Below, piece after piece: positions 48,625 through 52,011 of a DNA stretch of 52,011 nt. The stretch is from NCBI GenBank assembly GCA_030426125.1, contig JAUHZB010000006.1:1-52011 (forward strand), read 5' to 3'. This DNA is from a bacterium. Its GTDB lineage: Bacteria > Patescibacteriota > Saccharimonadia > Saccharimonadales > AWTP1-31. Under the pieces are notes generated by a model that made no database searches, was not told the DNA's origin, and was given only the letters and a program-made list of their open reading frames with translations. The position numbers and the translations under genes were made by a program. Each line of letters begins with the position of its first letter. The stretch's first letter is position 1.

Positions 48625-49068
48625 TTATTTTTTCTGCTGTGTAATGTGAACTGGCTGACCATAAAGCGGAGATACAAAACTACCACTTCTACTTCTTTGG
48701 GAGTCAGAGCTGTTCTTGGTTAATTTATCTATCCCGTCTTTAGCCCACTCTGACGTAACAGTAGAAGCATTGTCGCTAGGAGTGCCGCCAACAGAAACAA
48801 CCGGTATATCTAAACCACTTGCCAGAGAGTTAGCTAGGCTAGCTCCTATACGTAGCCCGGTAAAGCTTCCTGGTCCTTCAAAAAATACTATTCCTTCAAT
48901 GTCTGCCCAAGCCTTATTCTCTGCTTTGAGCAACTCTTCTAACTGTTTGTGAATAGTTTCAGCCAACTTACGATGCGCCTGCCAGCGAATAGTCTTAATT
49001 TCCGTAGTATCTTCAAACAGACCGATCTCAGCCTGCGGATTATCTGTCTTAAGAGTCAAAATTAACAT
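48625..49068 (-). CDS. tsaB: tRNA threonylcarbamoyladenosine biosynthesis protein TsaB (short form)
   Basis: GPGSFTGLRIG motif; near tsaE. Confidence 0.9.
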   Translation of the reverse strand: MLILTLKTDNPQAEIGLFEDTTEIKTIRWQAHRKLAETIHKQLEELLKAENKAWADIEGIVFFEGPGSFTGLRIGASLANSLASGLDIPVVSVGGTPSDNASTVTSEWAKDGIDKLTKNSSDSQRSRSGSFVSPLYGQPVHITQQKK

Positions 49069-49142
49069 AGGGAAGATTATACACCTACAAGCCAGACCAA
49101 ACCATTTAATCTAACAATTGAACTAATAAACAAATGGTTAAC

Positions 49143-49496
49143 CTATAGGGCTTGGTATATAATGAATATCACTACCAATACGGCTACTACTGAAATAACA
49201 GCAACTATCGGCATCATCATATTTTTCTTAGGTCCGCTACTACTAGCGGAATTCATTGGCATGCTTCCCGAGGCCGGAGAAGCTGGCGCTTCTGGAGCTT
49301 TTGGTTCATCCATCTTTGGTGGCATCGCTGGTCCACCGCTTACTGGATTTGGGCCTGCTGGTTTGGGAGCCGGATCAGCTGGCATACTGCCTGCTGGTAC
49401 TTCTGGAGCTTTTGGTCCTTCTGGCGCTGGAGGCATTGCTGGCCGTCCGTTTGCTGGGCTAGGATTCGGGCTAGGGTTTGCTGATGATGGGTCCAT
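49143..49496 (-). CDS. Pro-rich protein with C-terminal membrane anchor
   Basis: Low-complexity P/A/S region and a terminal hydrophobic helix. Confidence 0.65.
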   Translation of the reverse strand: MDPSSANPSPNPSPANGRPAMPPAPEGPKAPEVPAGSMPADPAPKPAGPNPVSGGPAMPPKMDEPKAPEAPASPASGSMPMNSASSSGPKKNMMMPIVAVISVVAVLVVIFIIYQAL

Positions 49497-49551
49497 AAAA
49501 ATTTTCTTCCTTGTTATGTTTATCTATATAACTAAAGTATAGCAAGGAATG

Positions 49552-50034
49552 TCAATCTGCAAAAACATAAGCTAGGGCAGACGGATATTTAATGCTTAAT
49601 CGACGATCATTGTCGGCTTCGCCACCACTAATTTCAATAAATATTCGCTCTTCTGGTAATACCTGCTTGACCACTTCGGCCCACTCTACAATTACCACCG
49701 TGTCTTTATCTTCCAGAGCCTCAGCTATTTCGTGTTGCATAATGCCGGCGTCTGACAAGCGGTAAAAATCATAGTGGAATATCTGCTTACTGGGCTTACT
49801 CTCGGAGACGTAGACCTTACTAACAGTAAAAGTTGGACTACTGACCCTGTCTTTACTACCCAAACCTTCAGCAATCCCTCTTACCAGGGTTGTTTTTCCG
49901 CCACCAAGGTCGCTGACCAACTCAATAACTTCACCGCCTTTAAGTTTACTTCCGATCTTTTTGCCGATTCGAACGGTTTCCTCGGAGTCGGCTGAAGAGA
50001 TTTCCAATGTCTGTACGGTACTCATATAACCCAT
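49552..50034 (-). CDS. tsaE: tRNA threonylcarbamoyladenosine biosynthesis ATPase TsaE
   Basis: SDLGGGKTT, VSSPTF, HYDFYRL, IVEW. Confidence 0.96.
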   Translation of the reverse strand: MGYMSTVQTLEISSADSEETVRIGKKIGSKLKGGEVIELVSDLGGGKTTLVRGIAEGLGSKDRVSSPTFTVSKVYVSESKPSKQIFHYDFYRLSDAGIMQHEIAEALEDKDTVVIVEWAEVVKQVLPEERIFIEISGGEADNDRRLSIKYPSALAYVFAD

Positions 50035-51277
50035 ATACTATCCCAAGACCGCCCACTCCGGCAATAATACCGGAATTTATTGGTCTAGACTGAGATTCAT
50101 CTTCGGAATCATCTTTATCTGCATCTTCTGATTCGCTAACATCGTCAACACTACCCAGAACGGCAGACTGATCACTGCCTTGTTCTGTATTTTCTTCACT
50201 ATCGGTTGAAAATAGATTCTTAGCATTTGGCGTAGGTCTTGCACTCCAACGCCACTTACTACCGTCGCTTGCAAAAGATAAGCCATCATCAGCTTTGCTA
50301 TAGCTGGCGCTATTATCTATAACTTGACCACTGGGAGCTAGCAGCTGTGCCTGACCCTCGCTATTAGATAGAATCAACCTGGTCTTTGACACATAAAAAG
50401 CTTGATACTGTCCAGGCCTCATCACTCCAGTTTTAAAAGTGTAGCTATAGTTTAGCTTACTGCCAGTGGATAGTTTCAACCCAACTAGTGAAATACTCCT
50501 ACTACTAGAATTGTGTAACTCAACGAATTCATGTTCCGAGTCAGTTAACGGTTTTGCCGGATTAGGCATCAGTTCGCTTATCTTTAGTCCTGAATAATCC
50601 TGCTTTGAATTGCTAGGCTTTGGTACTGGGACCGCCCTTTTAGCTCCACTCTTTAGCGTAGCTGTCTTCTTTGTTTTAGCGGAAACGACTCCCTCACCCT
50701 CAACAATAAAATCAGCTTTGTTATTGTTGCTATAAAGATACTTTCCCTGTTTATCCTTCTTGCGGATTATTTTCTTACCAGCCGGTGGAGCTTTTACTGC
50801 CTCACCAGCTGGATGCTTAGCACTACCCCAACCTACTAAATCATAAACACTAGGATTGGTCAGCGGTCCAGATACTAATTTTAAGTGTCCGCCACTAGCG
50901 GCTAATGTCGGGCTGTAATGCAGATCAGCTTTTGAGACCAAATAGTCCTTACTAGTAAGTAAGTAACTTTTATTGCCGGCTAACTCACCAACTAATGCAA
51001 TTTTCCGACTAGCTATAGTGAAGCTTTTAGGATTAGCCGAAAAGTATTCTATCCGAAACTCACTTAAGTCAATGGTTTTGCTAGTAGTGTTATATATTTT
51101 AATTTGCTCCTGACCGGCAGCCTGCTTACTACCGGTCTGAATTTCAGTAATCAGTATATCTGGTAGGCTAGCTGAACTTACCTTACTAGTAGGAATTAGG
51201 GTAAACCAAACCAATAGCGTACCAGCTAATAGCAAAGATAGTAGTTTCTTTGAGTAGAGCCAACAAAATTCATTCAT
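49946..51277 (-). CDS. secreted protein with two lamin-tail domains and C-terminal TM
   Basis: ILITEIQ..EQIKIYN and LKISELMPNP...EFVELHN; PTP.A.N; C-terminal hydrophobic segment. Confidence 0.85.
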   Translation of the reverse strand: MNEFCWLYSKKLLSLLLAGTLLVWFTLIPTSKVSSASLPDILITEIQTGSKQAAGQEQIKIYNTTSKTIDLSEFRIEYFSANPKSFTIASRKIALVGELAGNKSYLLTSKDYLVSKADLHYSPTLAASGGHLKLVSGPLTNPSVYDLVGWGSAKHPAGEAVKAPPAGKKIIRKKDKQGKYLYSNNNKADFIVEGEGVVSAKTKKTATLKSGAKRAVPVPKPSNSKQDYSGLKISELMPNPAKPLTDSEHEFVELHNSSSRSISLVGLKLSTGSKLNYSYTFKTGVMRPGQYQAFYVSKTRLILSNSEGQAQLLAPSGQVIDNSASYSKADDGLSFASDGSKWRWSARPTPNAKNLFSTDSEENTEQGSDQSAVLGSVDDVSESEDADKDDSEDESQSRPINSGIIAGVGGLGIVYGLYEYRTDIGNLFSRLRGNRSNRQKDRK

Positions 51278-51402
51278 AAAGTCAGCATACTACCGAAAAA
51301 TACTATTACAAAACATAAGCCACCTTAGCACAAGCTCTGCGATATTGCTTCCATTTTTATCCTTCCAGGGTGCTTTGCGCTTCCTGTATACTAATAATTA
51401 CA

Positions 51403-51936
51403 ATGTTGTTATTAACAAAATCTATCCTAGAACAACCAGTCATGAGTCTAAGGACAGGTGGTCAAGTAGCCCTGTCTACTAAAGCAATCATTGACCCCAA
51501 TAACCTAAAAATTGAAGCTTTCTACTGCAACGACTCCATTGAAAAAAAGAAAACTCTAGTTCTGGTTTACCGAGATATCCGTGATGTACTGCCAGCCGGT
51601 CTGGTTGTAGATGACCACAGCGTTCTAACCGAACCGGATGAACTGGTAAGGTTAAAAAAGACCATGAATCTTGACTTCGAATTAATTGGAAAGTCAGTGG
51701 TGACAGTTAATAAGCGAAAACTAGGTAAAGTAAACGACTATGCTGTTGAGCCAAAAAGCATGATGATCAAGAAATTATACGTCGGCCAATCACTAATTAA
51801 AAACTTCACCGGGGGAAGTCTGTCGGTCGATCGAAACAGAATAGTCGAGATAAATAACCGCCGAATAATTATTAAAGAACCACTTCAGCCTATAAAATCT
51901 GGAGCCCAAAAATCACCGGTATTTGAAGCGGCCTAA
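51403..51936 (+). CDS. PRC-barrel domain protein
   Basis: PVMSL.TG..V, IIDP..LKI; second barrel LIGK.V.T....KLGKV.D; start ATG 51403. Confidence 0.8.
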   Translation: MLLLTKSILEQPVMSLRTGGQVALSTKAIIDPNNLKIEAFYCNDSIEKKKTLVLVYRDIRDVLPAGLVVDDHSVLTEPDELVRLKKTMNLDFELIGKSVVTVNKRKLGKVNDYAVEPKSMMIKKLYVGQSLIKNFTGGSLSVDRNRIVEINNRRIIIKEPLQPIKSGAQKSPVFEAA

Positions 51937-52011
51937 TTTTTAGATTGATCATTACTACTAAGTGCTAACTTAACATCATCGTAGTTATAGCCTTGTCTCA
52001 ATAGGTAGGCC
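51933..52011 (-). CDS. recX: 3' end of probable RecX regulator (partial)
   Basis: Reads AYLLRQGYNYDDVKLAL...*, matching the RecX C-terminal YL.R.G[FY] motif. Confidence 0.65.
   Translation of the reverse strand, partial: AYLLRQGYNYDDVKLALSSNDQSKN

Noticed and set aside
1-52011. Alternative genetic code 25 (TGA = Gly)
   Set aside because: Conserved genes such as pgk, folD and tsaE are full length and end at TGA

Overview
A gene-dense, roughly 40% GC bacterial chromosome segment read in genetic code 11 (TGA is used as a stop). Gene content and style (minimal metabolism, WhiB, class F sortase with an LPXTG substrate, many single-pass secreted proteins) suggest a Patescibacteria/CPR organism, probably Saccharibacteria; this is inference. 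Housekeeping genes are pgk, pyk, murD, murI, folD, rny, tsaE, tsaB, the recX 3' end and five tRNAs (Glu, Gly, Arg, His, Pro). The most interesting accessory loci are: (1) a five-gene peptide cassette at 26.4-29.8 kb, coupled to murI, with a 65-aa two-Cys precursor, a putative RRE-fused site-2 (M50) protease, an ABC exporter and a small membrane protein; (2) a putative signal-synthesis and sensing module at 17.8-24.4 kb (PaaK-like ligase, Rv1355c-type ThiF enzyme, 7TM histidine kinase, divergent aminotransferase, response regulator); (3) two repeated modules of an Lnt-like acyltransferase plus an MPKTK secreted protein next to tRNA-Glu; (4) a vWA/MoxR/DUF58 operon with degenerate motifs upstream of a lipoprotein and an LPXTG protein. 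Several genes missed or truncated by the ORF track were recovered. No CRISPR array, integrase or transposase was seen.
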